64,000 bases of DNA from Candidatus Latescibacterota bacterium (GCA_965222075.1 OZ244937.1:5296006-5360005); one strand, 5' to 3'; counted from the stretch's first letter, positions 36,724 to 47,390 are shown. Numbers and translations are program-made. The notes: generated by a model not told the origin, from the sequence alone.

Positions 36724-38697
36724 ATGCCAAAGATTACGAGAATGGCCGAGGCACAACCGGAGCGGGGGGTGACGCTCCGGGCGGTCGCCTTCGGACTCTG
36801 CCTCTGCGTCGCTGTGAGCCTGCTGGACAATACGATCCTCTACCTCATGCGTGGGTCGCGTCTGAACGAAAGCCACATGCCGATGGCAAACCTCATCATC
36901 TGCCTGCTGTCGATGCTGGTATTCGCTGCGCTGGCCCGGTGGTTCGGCCGTTGGTTTGTCTTCTCTTCGACAGAGTGGATCACGGTCTTCTGCATGGGGT
37001 TCATGAGCACGCCTGGGTCTACCTACGGCGGCGGCGGCGCCCTCATTGGCCAGATCGCAACCCTGTATTACTTTGCAAGCCCGGAGAACCAGTGGGCCGA
37101 GTACCTCCACGCCCACCTGCCGACGTGGTTCGTCCCCACAAACAAAGGTCAGGTGATGACGTGGTTCTACGAGGGGCTCCCCCAGGGGATGTCCATCCCC
37201 TGGGAGGTGTGGATCGTTCCGCTTTTCTGGTGGTTTTCGTTTTACGGTTCCCTGGCGCTGGCCGCGGCGTGCGTCTCAATCATCATACACCGGCAGTGGT
37301 CGGAGAACGAGAGACTGGTATATCCGGTGATCACGCCAGTTGTAGAGATGATGACGCAGGCGGGGACGGGGAAACGGGTGTTGCCGGAGTTTATGAGAGG
37401 GAAGGCGTTCTGGGCGGGGTTCACGCTGACGTCTTTCGTGTTCTGGTGGAACATGATCTCCTGGTTCTACCCGGGATTCCCAACCTTTCCGACGGTGAAG
37501 AACATATGGATCCATTTGCCGCAGCCCTATCCTCCCTTCAGGTTCATTCTGAACACGGCGGTCATCTGTTTTTCCTACTTCGCCAGCCTGGAGGTGCTGT
37601 TCAGCATCTGGTTTTTCGATCTTGTGTTCATCCTGGAAGGGGGCTTTCTGAACCGGATCGGCATCCCGGCCACGACTTCGTATCGTGTACTCATTAACGG
37701 ACCCTATATGTGGCAGACGGCCGGGACCTTCATCAGTCTGGTCCTCTGGTGGCTGTGGATCTCCCGGCGGTATCTCCGGGACGTCTTCCGGAAGGCGCTG
37801 CACCCGGACCGTTCCCCGGTCGACGACAGCCGGGAGCTGCTCTCCTACCGGGGGGCGACGATCGGCCTGATCTGCAGTGTTATCTACATGGCGTTCTGGC
37901 ACGGACGGGTCGGCATGGAGGTCAAGTTCATCCTCGTGCTGGTTCCCGCTACGTTGTTCCTCTACCTCGGCGTGGCGAAGTTTCTGGCCGATTCGGGATT
38001 CATCTATGTCCGGACGCCGTGCTACCCGGGGGATTTCTCCCTGTTTGCCTTCGGCCGCGCGGACCTGCATGCCTCTACGCACGCGGCCCTTGGTATGTCG
38101 TGGTTTGTCCTCACCAGTACGAGAGGGTTCGCGATGCCGGTGATGACCCACGTCAATCGTTTAGCTGACTTCGTGCCGAAGGACAAGCGTCGGCTCTTCT
38201 GGGCGATTGGCGCGGCGTTCGCTGTTGGGTTGACCACCTCCACGTTCTACACGATCTGGCTGGGTTACACGGTGGGGGGCTACAACTTCCGGCCCGACTG
38301 GCTGCCCTTCGCGGGCTGGTGGTCCTACCAGTGGGCCGTAGACCAGATCAGGGATCCCAAGCCGGTGGAGATGATCAACTACTGGTTTTTCTTAGCCGGA
38401 GTGGGGTTCATGGTCTTCCTGAACCTGATGCGCTACCGCTTCACCTGGTGGCCGTTGCATCCGATCGGGTTCATCATCTCCGGCATTTCGGTTTCACGGC
38501 TGACCAGCGTTACCATCCTGATTGCGTGGTTGATCAAATTCGTCATGCTTAAGTTCATCGGGCCGTCGTTCTACCGGAAGTCGAAGCCGTTTTTTATCGG
38601 CATGCTGATCGGCTACATCTTAGTCGTGACCGCAGGGATAGCGGTAGACGCCATCTGGTTTCCTGAGCGGGGGCATGTGGTGCATAAGTGGTATTGA
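36724..38697 (+). CDS. DUF6785/DUF6784-like membrane protein, copy 2
   Basis: Same motifs as 17608: ASPENQW, HRQWSENERLVYP, WWPLHPIG. Confidence 0.8.
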   Translation: MPKITRMAEAQPERGVTLRAVAFGLCLCVAVSLLDNTILYLMRGSRLNESHMPMANLIICLLSMLVFAALARWFGRWFVFSSTEWITVFCMGFMSTPGSTYGGGGALIGQIATLYYFASPENQWAEYLHAHLPTWFVPTNKGQVMTWFYEGLPQGMSIPWEVWIVPLFWWFSFYGSLALAAACVSIIIHRQWSENERLVYPVITPVVEMMTQAGTGKRVLPEFMRGKAFWAGFTLTSFVFWWNMISWFYPGFPTFPTVKNIWIHLPQPYPPFRFILNTAVICFSYFASLEVLFSIWFFDLVFILEGGFLNRIGIPATTSYRVLINGPYMWQTAGTFISLVLWWLWISRRYLRDVFRKALHPDRSPVDDSRELLSYRGATIGLICSVIYMAFWHGRVGMEVKFILVLVPATLFLYLGVAKFLADSGFIYVRTPCYPGDFSLFAFGRADLHASTHAALGMSWFVLTSTRGFAMPVMTHVNRLADFVPKDKRRLFWAIGAAFAVGLTTSTFYTIWLGYTVGGYNFRPDWLPFAGWWSYQWAVDQIRDPKPVEMINYWFFLAGVGFMVFLNLMRYRFTWWPLHPIGFIISGISVSRLTSVTILIAWLIKFVMLKFIGPSFYRKSKPFFIGMLIGYILVVTAGIAVDAIWFPERGHVVHKWY

Positions 38698-38717
38698 TGA
38701 GGCGCTGGAGGTTTGAG

Positions 38718-39725
38718 ATGGCAGATTACCACGTTATCCTGAGCCACTATCTCGGTTACGGACCCTACGAGGAGGAGCGGGACCGACTTGCTGCAAACGG
38801 CGCGGCGTTGACCGTGGTTGAGGGAAGCCCCGAGACGGTCAATGACGGGGTGATGGGCCGGTGCGACGTGCTGCTCAACATCGGCTGGGAAGTGACGGCG
38901 GCGTTGATGGATCGGATGCCGAAGTGCCGCCTGATTACGGTGTATGGCATCGGCACCGACAGCGTGGATCTGGAGGCGGCGACCAAGCGGGGCATTGTGG
39001 TGAGCAACATCCCGCTGGCGGCGGTGGACGACGTTGCGAACCACGCGGTTATGCTGATGCTGGTCTGTTTGCGACGGGTCGTGGACCTGGATGCTTCTGT
39101 GAGGCGCGGCGATTACGACTGGGAGGTTATGCGGCCCTCGCACAACCCACGGGGCAAGACGCTCGGGCTGGTGGCCTTCGGCAATATTGCGCGCGCGGTT
39201 GCCGCAAAGATGTCGTCCGCGTTTGGGATGCGCGTGATCGCGTACGATCCCTATGTCGCGCCGGAGGTGGGCGAGCAGCAGGGCGTCCGGCTGACGACGC
39301 TGGAGGAGGTGATGCATGCGTCCGATCTGATCTCCGTCCATGTGCCAATTACGCCAGCGTCGCGTGGGATAATCGGCGAAGCGGAACTTCGGACGATGAA
39401 GGCGACGGCCTTCCTGATCGTGACCAGCCGGGGTAGTGTGGTAGACGAGGCGGCGCTGGTCCGTGCGCTGAGGGAGGGATGGATCGCCGGGGCCGGGCTG
39501 GATGTGCAGGCCCACGAGCCGCTCCCGCTGAACGACCCGCTGTTGGGTGCGCCGAACCTGATTCTGACGCCGCACTGCGCGGGCCACTCCGAAGAGTGTA
39601 TCGCCGAGTTGAAGCGGCTGGCGTGCGAGGCGACGTGCCGGGTGCTTGAGGGGCGCTGGCCCCGCTGGGTGGTCAACAAGACGGTGAAGCCGAAGGTCGA
39701 ATTAACCGAAGGGTTGGAGAGATGA
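38718..39725 (+). CDS. D-isomer 2-hydroxyacid dehydrogenase (CtBP-like)
   Basis: GIGTDSVD, TLGLVAFGNIA, SRGSVVDE, AGLDV..EP, TPHCA. Confidence 0.92.
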   Translation: MADYHVILSHYLGYGPYEEERDRLAANGAALTVVEGSPETVNDGVMGRCDVLLNIGWEVTAALMDRMPKCRLITVYGIGTDSVDLEAATKRGIVVSNIPLAAVDDVANHAVMLMLVCLRRVVDLDASVRRGDYDWEVMRPSHNPRGKTLGLVAFGNIARAVAAKMSSAFGMRVIAYDPYVAPEVGEQQGVRLTTLEEVMHASDLISVHVPITPASRGIIGEAELRTMKATAFLIVTSRGSVVDEAALVRALREGWIAGAGLDVQAHEPLPLNDPLLGAPNLILTPHCAGHSEECIAELKRLACEATCRVLEGRWPRWVVNKTVKPKVELTEGLER

Positions 39726-40732
39726 AACCTGTAGGGATCGGAGTCGTCGGGTTGGGTAACTTCGGCGAGGTGCATATCCGGGCGATCAGCCGGATGCCGG
39801 AATTCGAGCTGGTCGCGGTCTGTTCGCGCTCGGCGGAGCGGGCCGAGCAGATTGCAGAGACGTATGGCGTGCGCGGGCGGTATACCGACCCGCACGAGCT
39901 GGCGGCCGACCCGGAGGTCGAGGCGGTGGATGTGGTGACCGGGGTGGCGCGGCACGCCGAGGTGATGCAGATCGCGCTGGCCGCAGGGAAACACGTCCTG
40001 GTGGAGAAGCCGCTGAGCGCGCGGATGGACGAGACCGAAGCGGTGCTGAAACTGGCTGAAGAGAAGGATCGCATCGTGATGGTCGGCTATGTCGAGCGCT
40101 ACGATCCGAGGCGGGCGATGATCCGGGAGCGGGTCGCGTCGGGCGAACTGGGGGAGATCGTGTCGCTCTACGGGCGCCGCAATTGCGGCGTGGAGTATCT
40201 GAGTTGGCCACGCTTCCAGCGCTGGCCTCTCATTATCGAGCCGGGCATCCACACGGTGGACATGATGAGCTGGCTGACCGAATCGCGTGTGGAGAAGGTC
40301 TACGCGGTGGGCCGGTGCCACAACGAGTGGAATGTTACCGATACCTGGCTGGCCACTCTGGAGTTTGCAAGCGGGGCGGTGGGCGTGATCGAGCAGGTCT
40401 GGCAGATGCCCGAAGGGAGCGCATCCGAGTTCGACCAGGACAATGTCCTGGAGGTGATCGGCACGAAGGGCACCGTACAGATGCACGATCCGACCGATGC
40501 CTTCTGGGTCTGGGCCTCGGGGAAAACCCTGAGTCCCGATTTCTACCTGCTCCCCGAAGTGGCCGGGCAGGTCGTGGGCGCACTGCGCAATGAGCTGAGC
40601 TACTTTGCACGATGCGTGGTGAGCGGCGAGTGGCCGGCGCTGGGCACACCGGACGAGATCCGGCATACGACGGAGGTTGGATTGGCTATCGTCGAGTCGG
40701 CAGCACAGGGCCGGCCGATTGAGCTGGATTGA
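39722..40732 (+). CDS. Gfo/Idh/MocA family oxidoreductase
   Basis: GVVGLG, AGKHVLVEKPL, GIHTVD. Confidence 0.92.
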   Translation: MKPVGIGVVGLGNFGEVHIRAISRMPEFELVAVCSRSAERAEQIAETYGVRGRYTDPHELAADPEVEAVDVVTGVARHAEVMQIALAAGKHVLVEKPLSARMDETEAVLKLAEEKDRIVMVGYVERYDPRRAMIRERVASGELGEIVSLYGRRNCGVEYLSWPRFQRWPLIIEPGIHTVDMMSWLTESRVEKVYAVGRCHNEWNVTDTWLATLEFASGAVGVIEQVWQMPEGSASEFDQDNVLEVIGTKGTVQMHDPTDAFWVWASGKTLSPDFYLLPEVAGQVVGALRNELSYFARCVVSGEWPALGTPDEIRHTTEVGLAIVESAAQGRPIELD

Positions 40733-40786
40733 TTCTCCTGATTAAAGAATGACCGTTAACCCGGGTGGTGAGAAAGGAGCTATGAA

Positions 40787-41728
40787 ATGCCATCGAATTT
40801 TCTCGAACGTCTGGCCGAAGGTCCGCTGCTCTGCGACGGGGGGTACGTCCTGGAGCTTGAGCGCCGTTGTGTCGGCAGCGGCGTGACCGGCGGCGTACCC
40901 ATGTCGGTCCTGAATTACCCAGAAGGGGTGCTGGAACTCCACAGGGAGTTCGCACGGGCAGGCGCAGAGGTGCTGCAGGCGATGTCTTGGGGTGTGCGAC
41001 CGATGGAACGAGATGAAGAACTCAACCACAGGGCCGTGGAATTGGCCCGGGAAGCGGCCGGTCCGGACCGATTTGTTGCAGGCACCCTCAGTTCCTACAC
41101 GTATAACGGCAGAAAGTTTGAGAAGTTGACCAGGAAACAGCAGGTCGAAGCCCAAAAACTCTTCGATCGATATATCGGGTCGCAGGTGGAGGCAGGCGTC
41201 GATCTTATGATCGCCGAGACGTTTCTCTCGGTAGACGAGGCGATTCTGGCCATTCCGTTCATCAAACAGGCCGGTGTTCCGGCAGTGGTGACAGTGAGCT
41301 TCTGGGTGACTGACTTTACCCGAGAGGGGTATACACCGGCTGGAGCTGCGAAGCGGCTGGTTGATCACGGTGCCGATGTGGTGGGTGTGAACTGCGCGCG
41401 GCCGTGGCAGACGACGGGGCATCTTATGCGCCAGATGCGAGATGCGGTGTCCGCACCCCTCTGTTCACAGCCCACTGCATATGAGCTGGCGCCGGGTGAG
41501 GTACGCAACCGTTCGATGGCTTCGGCGGGGACGCTGCAGAACCGGGTGGAGCCCAGGTACCTTCCCCGGCTAGAGATGGCCAATTACGCTGCTGAGGCGA
41601 AGGGCATCGGCATCGGCCTGATCGGTTCGTGCTGCGGCTCACTGCCGTACCACGTCCGTGCGATGGCCAGGGCCCTTGACAAGCCGGTGGAAGTGCCGGA
41701 CGTGGACCGGGGCCATTATCCTACTTAA
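40787..41728 (+). CDS. Homocysteine S-methyltransferase (BHMT-like) family protein, copy 1
   Basis: DGGYVLELERR, HREFARAGAEVLQ, AETF, GVNC and GSCCG zinc ligands. Confidence 0.9.
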   Translation: MPSNFLERLAEGPLLCDGGYVLELERRCVGSGVTGGVPMSVLNYPEGVLELHREFARAGAEVLQAMSWGVRPMERDEELNHRAVELAREAAGPDRFVAGTLSSYTYNGRKFEKLTRKQQVEAQKLFDRYIGSQVEAGVDLMIAETFLSVDEAILAIPFIKQAGVPAVVTVSFWVTDFTREGYTPAGAAKRLVDHGADVVGVNCARPWQTTGHLMRQMRDAVSAPLCSQPTAYELAPGEVRNRSMASAGTLQNRVEPRYLPRLEMANYAAEAKGIGIGLIGSCCGSLPYHVRAMARALDKPVEVPDVDRGHYPT

Positions 41729-41744
41729 ATGAGAGGAGAATAGA

Positions 41745-42722
41745 ATGGCGCGCGCGCCGCTTTATGTGAGTATGACGATGGATGTGGAGCGGATTATCGA
41801 ACTCTCGCCGACAGGGGGTCCCCCTTCATGGGAGTTCGCCGAGCGATCGGTGCGGTCCTTCTGCGGGTTGCTGGCCGAACACGATCTGCCCGCCACGCTG
41901 TTTGTGGTGCCCGATACGGCCACCGAACAGGCGAAGATGCTGCGGGAGGTGGCCAGCGAGACGGGGTCGGAGGTGGGGATGCACTTTCACGCACAGAGCT
42001 GGCGGGATCACTACCGGGAGCCAGAGGCGTACGATTACTTTGGGGGGTATGCTGCGGAGGAGCAGTATAAGTTTTTGTCTGCGGGCAGGGAGCAGGTGGC
42101 GGAGGCGGTGGGTGAGGCTCCTGTGGCGTTTCGGCCTGGGAATTTTTCGGCGAACGATGCGACGTTTGGTGCGCTTGTGGACGCCGGGTTCACCCACGGG
42201 AGCGTGAGCCAGCCCGGTCGGGCGTTAACGCGTATGAAGGCGGTCTGGGCCGGGGCGAGCAGTCCCCCTCGCCCGGGGTCGCGCGCCGTGAGGGAGGGCT
42301 GGCGGGATACGCATCTGGACGTGCACCGGGCGAACCGAACGTTCCGGATGGTGCCGGGGGACCTGGACTTCATCGAGGTGCCCCTGGTGAGCGACCAGAC
42401 CCGGTCGGATCACTGGGTGGGGGTGGGCGATGTGCGGCTGGAGGAGGCGAGCGTGGAGGAGGTGGAGCAGACGGTACGGCAGCACGTGGCCCGTCAGGTG
42501 TCGGAGGAGGTGGTTTTCAAGCACGTGTGTCTGTTTGGTCACAACACGGGCAATTTCTGGTCGTCAGACGAGTCGGAAGATGGGAGTCGTGGTGTGCTGG
42601 AGGCGTCGGCGGTGAAGGTTCGGGAGGTTGCGGAGGCGTATGGGTTGGAGGTGAAGGGGGTGACGCTGAAGGAGGTGCGGGAGGCGTTCTTATCGGCGGA
42701 GGGAGCGGGGCGGTTTGAGTAG
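41745..42722 (+). CDS. Polysaccharide deacetylase-like (NodB/CE4-like fold) protein
   Basis: MTMDVE, ATLFV, EVGMHFH, FRPGNF. Confidence 0.7.
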   Translation: MARAPLYVSMTMDVERIIELSPTGGPPSWEFAERSVRSFCGLLAEHDLPATLFVVPDTATEQAKMLREVASETGSEVGMHFHAQSWRDHYREPEAYDYFGGYAAEEQYKFLSAGREQVAEAVGEAPVAFRPGNFSANDATFGALVDAGFTHGSVSQPGRALTRMKAVWAGASSPPRPGSRAVREGWRDTHLDVHRANRTFRMVPGDLDFIEVPLVSDQTRSDHWVGVGDVRLEEASVEEVEQTVRQHVARQVSEEVVFKHVCLFGHNTGNFWSSDESEDGSRGVLEASAVKVREVAEAYGLEVKGVTLKEVREAFLSAEGAGRFE

Positions 42723-42760
42723 AGCCTGACCTGTCATGCAATTTCACACCCGGAGGAAGT

Positions 42761-44035
42761 ATGGTGACGACAGAGCTGGCCCTCCACGGAGGGCCGAAGG
42801 CGGTGACGATCGAGGACCCGGAGGGGTGGCGCGCGTTCGGGAGGGAGGAGGTTGACCTGGTGGGGCGCATGGCGGCGGACGCGGAGCTTTCGGGAAATGG
42901 AGCGGGGATTACGAAGGAGTTTGAGGAGGGATTTGCCAGGTATGTGGGGCGGCCCTATGCGCTGTCGCAGATGAGCGGGACGACGACGCTGTGGGCGGCC
43001 TACTTTGCGGTAGGGGTGGGACCGGGGGACGAGGTGATCCACCCGACCTACGCCTGGATCGGGTCGGTTGCACCGGCGGTGTTCTTAGGCGCCCGGCCGG
43101 TGTTCTGCGAGGTGGATCCGCAGACGCTGACAGCCGATCCGGAGGACATCGAGCGGCGGATCACGGTCCGCACCCGGGCGATCTGCGTGGTGCACCTGTT
43201 TGGCAATCCATGCGATATGGACGCGATTATGGAGATCTCCCGCCGCTATGGGATCCCGGTGATCGAGGATTGCTCGCACGCGCACGGGGCGGAGTGGGAC
43301 GGGAAGGTGGTGGGATCGATCGGGGAGATCGGGTGTTTCTCACTGAAGGGAGAGGGGAGGGGGGCGTTGAGCGTGGGAGAGGGAGGGATCGTGGTGACGG
43401 AAAAGCGGGAGTATTACGAGCGACTTCTGATCTGCGGGCACCTGAACCGAGTGGGGGTGATCGAGGAGCTGACGCGGCCGGAGTATCGGGCGTTGCGCAA
43501 CTCGTGTCTGGGCATCAAGCTTCGGGCGCACGCGCTGGGGATGGGGCTGGGACGGGAGCAGGTCCGGAAGTTAGATGAGGTCAACGAGAAGCGGCGGGCG
43601 GTGCACCGACGGTTGAACCGGATCGCGGAGGAGATTCCGGGTCTGGAGCCGGTGGTGGTCCTGGAGAAGGCGACGCCGGGGGGCTTTTACGGGTATCGGC
43701 TGCTCTACCGGCCGGAGGCGTTGGGCGGGCTTTCGGCCGAGACGTTTGTGGAGGCGCTGCAGGCGGAGGGGGCAGAGGTGGCGGGATGCGATTTTCCGCT
43801 GCTGCACACCCTGCGGCTGTTTGCAGAGGGGTTCGATCTCTACGGGGAAAACCGGGGTCCGCTGGCGGGGGACTACCCGGGCTACAAAGAGGGGGACCTG
43901 CCGGTTTCTGAGGCGGTGCACAAACGGGTGCTGGCGCTGCCGGGGTTCACGGATCCGAAGCCTGGGGTGTTGGAGGCGTATATGGAGGCGTTTCGGAAGG
44001 TAGCGGCAAATGCGGGAGCGCTGAAGAACGTTTGA
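42761..44035 (+). CDS. DegT/DnrJ/EryC1/StrS family PLP protein, copy 1 (atypical Lys motif)
   Basis: SGTT.L, GPGDEVI.P, VHLFGNPCD, IEDCSHAHGA, FSLKGEGRGALSVGEGG. Confidence 0.92.
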   Translation: MVTTELALHGGPKAVTIEDPEGWRAFGREEVDLVGRMAADAELSGNGAGITKEFEEGFARYVGRPYALSQMSGTTTLWAAYFAVGVGPGDEVIHPTYAWIGSVAPAVFLGARPVFCEVDPQTLTADPEDIERRITVRTRAICVVHLFGNPCDMDAIMEISRRYGIPVIEDCSHAHGAEWDGKVVGSIGEIGCFSLKGEGRGALSVGEGGIVVTEKREYYERLLICGHLNRVGVIEELTRPEYRALRNSCLGIKLRAHALGMGLGREQVRKLDEVNEKRRAVHRRLNRIAEEIPGLEPVVVLEKATPGGFYGYRLLYRPEALGGLSAETFVEALQAEGAEVAGCDFPLLHTLRLFAEGFDLYGENRGPLAGDYPGYKEGDLPVSEAVHKRVLALPGFTDPKPGVLEAYMEAFRKVAANAGALKNV

Positions 44036-44121
44036 ACGTTGGAGTGTACCCGGGGCAGGGCGTTTGGAACTTCCACAGGACCAAATTTCAATATGGATTG
44101 GATCATTTGGAGGACAGGGTA

Positions 44122-45438
44122 ATGGCACGGGCAAACGGAAAGCTGGCAATCCTGGGCGGGCCGAAGGCGGTGACGATCGAGCGGCTGGACCGGTGGGAGG
44201 CGATGCCGGAGGAGATGGTCCAGCGGGTGATGCAGGTTGTGGAGGGGGGCGATATTTCGACGCAGAGGGATCAGATTGCCCGGGAGCTGGAGGAGGCGTT
44301 TGCAACGTTTATCGGGGCGGAATATACGCTGGCTCAGCACAGCGGCACCTCGACGTTCTGGGCGTCCTACTTTGCGGTAGGGGTGGGACCGGGAGACGAG
44401 ATGATCCACCCCAATACGACCTGGATCTCTGCGATTTCGCCGGGGATGTTCCTGGGGGCGCGGCCGGTGTTCTGTGAGCTGGATCCGAAGACGTTTCTGA
44501 TCGATCCGGAGGATATCGAGAAGCGCATTACGCCCCGGACAAAGGCCATCTCCGTGGTCCACTGGGGGGGGAATGTGTGTGACATGGACGGGGTTATGGA
44601 TGTGGCCAACCGGCACGGCATCCCGGTGGTGGAGGACTGCTCGCACGCCCACGGGGCGAGCTTTGACGGGAAGGCGGTCGGGACGATCGGGGCGGCCGGG
44701 GGGTTCAGTTTCCAGGGGATACCGGGGCCTGGGAAGCCGGTCTGCGGGGGTGAGGCAGGGATGCTGGCGACGATGGACCGGCACCTGTACGAGCGGGCGC
44801 TGCTGTTCGCGCACATCGGTCGGCCGGGCCTGACCGACGAGTTGCAGGAGCCTGAACACGAGAAGCTGGCGCCCTACGGGCTGGGGCTGATGTTTCGGCC
44901 ACATCCGCTGGCGCTGGCGATTGCGCAGATGCAGATGGGGCGGATCCGGGAGCAGAATGCGAAGCGGACGGCGTACGTGCAGTTGTTGAACAGGGGACTG
45001 GAGGAGATTCCGGGAATCGACCCCCTCTATGTCTACCCGAAGGCGCAGCCGGCGGGGTGGTTCATGGGGTTAACGGCCCGGTATCGGGCGGAGGATCTGG
45101 GGGGGCTGCCGAGGGAGAGGTACTGCGAGGCGTTAAGGGCCGAGGGGGTCGAAGTGCTAGAGGCCGGCCAGTCCCACGTGAGTTGGGATCACCGAGGTCA
45201 TGGGGTGCCGTATCACATGTTGCCGTTGTTTGCCAGGGGATTCGACTTATACACCCACGGACGAGGTCCGATGTGGGAGGGGTATGAGGGGTATGCGCCG
45301 GAGGATTTTCCGCAGACCCGGGAGGCGCTTTCGAGAATGCTGCGTCTGCCGATGCTGACGGATCCCGATGAGGGGGCGGTGGAGCAGTTCTTGGAGGCGT
45401 TCCGGAAGGTGGCGGAGAGCTGCAAGTCGCTCCTGTAG
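44122..45438 (+). CDS. DegT/DnrJ/EryC1/StrS family aminotransferase, copy 2
   Basis: VEDCSHAHGA, FSFQGIPGPGKPVCGGEAG. GGAGG RBS before ATG 44122. Confidence 0.92.
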   Translation: MARANGKLAILGGPKAVTIERLDRWEAMPEEMVQRVMQVVEGGDISTQRDQIARELEEAFATFIGAEYTLAQHSGTSTFWASYFAVGVGPGDEMIHPNTTWISAISPGMFLGARPVFCELDPKTFLIDPEDIEKRITPRTKAISVVHWGGNVCDMDGVMDVANRHGIPVVEDCSHAHGASFDGKAVGTIGAAGGFSFQGIPGPGKPVCGGEAGMLATMDRHLYERALLFAHIGRPGLTDELQEPEHEKLAPYGLGLMFRPHPLALAIAQMQMGRIREQNAKRTAYVQLLNRGLEEIPGIDPLYVYPKAQPAGWFMGLTARYRAEDLGGLPRERYCEALRAEGVEVLEAGQSHVSWDHRGHGVPYHMLPLFARGFDLYTHGRGPMWEGYEGYAPEDFPQTREALSRMLRLPMLTDPDEGAVEQFLEAFRKVAESCKSLL

Positions 45439-45509
45439 GCGCTCGCCTGCTCGAGGCGGTCCCGAGCAGCTACAACGAGGTCTGCTTTTGCAATGGAGGA
45501 TAGACAGCC

Positions 45510-47330
45510 ATGTCAGCGGAGGCGAAACAGCCGGTGCTCGTGCTGCTGCGGCGGTGGGCAGGGGCGCCGTTTAATCCGTATCTGGAGGAGATCCTCCGGA
45601 TGGAGGGGTATTTCTGCTACCGGGCCGAGGATGTGACAGATCGGACGATCGGGGATGGGGTGCTGGGCGATGCGCCTGTGGCGGTGCTGGCGCGGATGGA
45701 ACTGTCGGCGGAGGAGATGGAGGCGCTGGGGCGCTACGTGGAGCGAGGGGGGCGGTTGATCGCATTTCGGCCCCCTGCGGCGCTGGCCGAACTGTTCGGG
45801 TGCCGGGTGCTGGAGGGGGCGTACAGCCTGGCATACAACAACTTCGTGGTGGTGGACCGGGAGCACCCGGCGACGCAAGGCTTTCCCGAGCGGGGATTTC
45901 AGTTCAAGGGGGAGGCGGAACTCTACATGCCGGAGGAGGCAAACCGAATTGCCTCCTTCTGCGCGGAGCCGGATGAGCTGCTGCCGTTTGCGGGGGTGGC
46001 GCTGTGGTACCGGGGCAGAGGCGCGACGGCGCTGTTTGCGTACGACCCGGTGGAGACGGTGGTGCAGCTGCACCAGGGCAACCCGGAGCAGGCGTCGACG
46101 AGCAGCCGGCCGGACATAGACCGGGACAATATGTATAAGCCGAACGACCTGTTCGTGGGGGAGCTGGACGCGCGGATGAGGCTGGTGCCGCAGGCGGACC
46201 TGCATCAGGACCTGCTGGTGCGGGTGCTGCGGTTTCTGACAGATGGGGTGTTGCCGCTGCTGCGGGTGTGGCACTATCCAGGGGCGAAGCCGGCGCTGAC
46301 GCTCCTGAACGGGGACAGCGATAGGATGGTGGATGGGGACCTGCAGCGGTTGGTGGAACTGGTCCGCCGGTATGGGGCGAGGTTCACGGTCTACGTGAGA
46401 CGTGACGTACAGGAAGATCACTTCCCTCTGTTTCAGCCGGAGGCGATTCCGGATCTGAAGCGATGGGGATTCGACTTTGGGCCCCACCCCTACTGTGGGA
46501 GTTTGGCCCCCACGGTAGAACAGATGGCAGGGCACCTGGAGGAGATATCGGCGGGGTTCGAGAGACACTTCGGGTATCGGGCGACAAGCACACGGCACCA
46601 TTGCGTGATCTGCCCGGGGTGGACGGAGACGTTCGAGACGCTGAGCCGGCTGGGCTACAGGATGGACACGAATCACATCGGGTGTCGCTATTTTTACCCG
46701 GGGTATCTGTCGGGGAGCGGGCTGCCGTTCAAGTTCATCGACCGGAACGGCGAGATGATCGACCTCTACGAGCAGAATACGCAGCTGATGGATTTCCCTA
46801 CGATGAATAAGCTGCTGCGGCTGACCCTTTCGGTGGATGAACATCTGGAGGCGGGACGACGGATCTTCCAGGAGTGTGTGGAGCGGTATCACACCGTCTT
46901 CCATCACTGTTTCCATCCAGCCATCCAGGGGGATGGGAAGTGGCAGGTATACGGGAGCTCGGGAGGAAATTACGGGGCAAAGGGGCTCTACAAGGCGCTG
47001 GAATTGACGCGGGACTACGGCATCCCGACAATTACGGGGGAATCCTGGTTGGCGTTCAACGATGGGCGGCGGTCGGTGCGGGTAAGGGTGGTCAATGCAG
47101 AGGACGGTCGGTGTGGGTTCGAGCTGGAGGCTGGGCGCGCCGTCGAGGGGTTGACGTTGATGCTGCCGGGCCGAAGCAACGGGATGACGCTGTCGTCGGT
47201 AATAGTGGACGGGCAGCCGGTGGAGGTCGAGGTCGTGGGGTGGGAAGGGCTGGAGTGGGGAGTCTGGACGATGGACGTAGAGGCGGAGAGGTCCTACAGG
47301 GTGGAGGGGAGCTATGGGCCGTGCTGGTGA
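45510..47330 (+). CDS. Uncharacterised two-domain protein (GATase-like/trimerisation-type N-terminus; deacetylase-like C-terminus)
   Basis: YVERGGRLIAF in the N-terminal part. NGDSD, FGPHP, RHH, GYRMDTN, GSGLPF, CFHP in the C-terminal part. Confidence 0.55.
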   Translation: MSAEAKQPVLVLLRRWAGAPFNPYLEEILRMEGYFCYRAEDVTDRTIGDGVLGDAPVAVLARMELSAEEMEALGRYVERGGRLIAFRPPAALAELFGCRVLEGAYSLAYNNFVVVDREHPATQGFPERGFQFKGEAELYMPEEANRIASFCAEPDELLPFAGVALWYRGRGATALFAYDPVETVVQLHQGNPEQASTSSRPDIDRDNMYKPNDLFVGELDARMRLVPQADLHQDLLVRVLRFLTDGVLPLLRVWHYPGAKPALTLLNGDSDRMVDGDLQRLVELVRRYGARFTVYVRRDVQEDHFPLFQPEAIPDLKRWGFDFGPHPYCGSLAPTVEQMAGHLEEISAGFERHFGYRATSTRHHCVICPGWTETFETLSRLGYRMDTNHIGCRYFYPGYLSGSGLPFKFIDRNGEMIDLYEQNTQLMDFPTMNKLLRLTLSVDEHLEAGRRIFQECVERYHTVFHHCFHPAIQGDGKWQVYGSSGGNYGAKGLYKALELTRDYGIPTITGESWLAFNDGRRSVRVRVVNAEDGRCGFELEAGRAVEGLTLMLPGRSNGMTLSSVIVDGQPVEVEVVGWEGLEWGVWTMDVEAERSYRVEGSYGPCW

Positions 47331-47390
47331 ACGCGTCCCATCCGTCGAGACCGTGAAAACCGTAAGAACTTATCGAGTCGGAGGTGTGAG

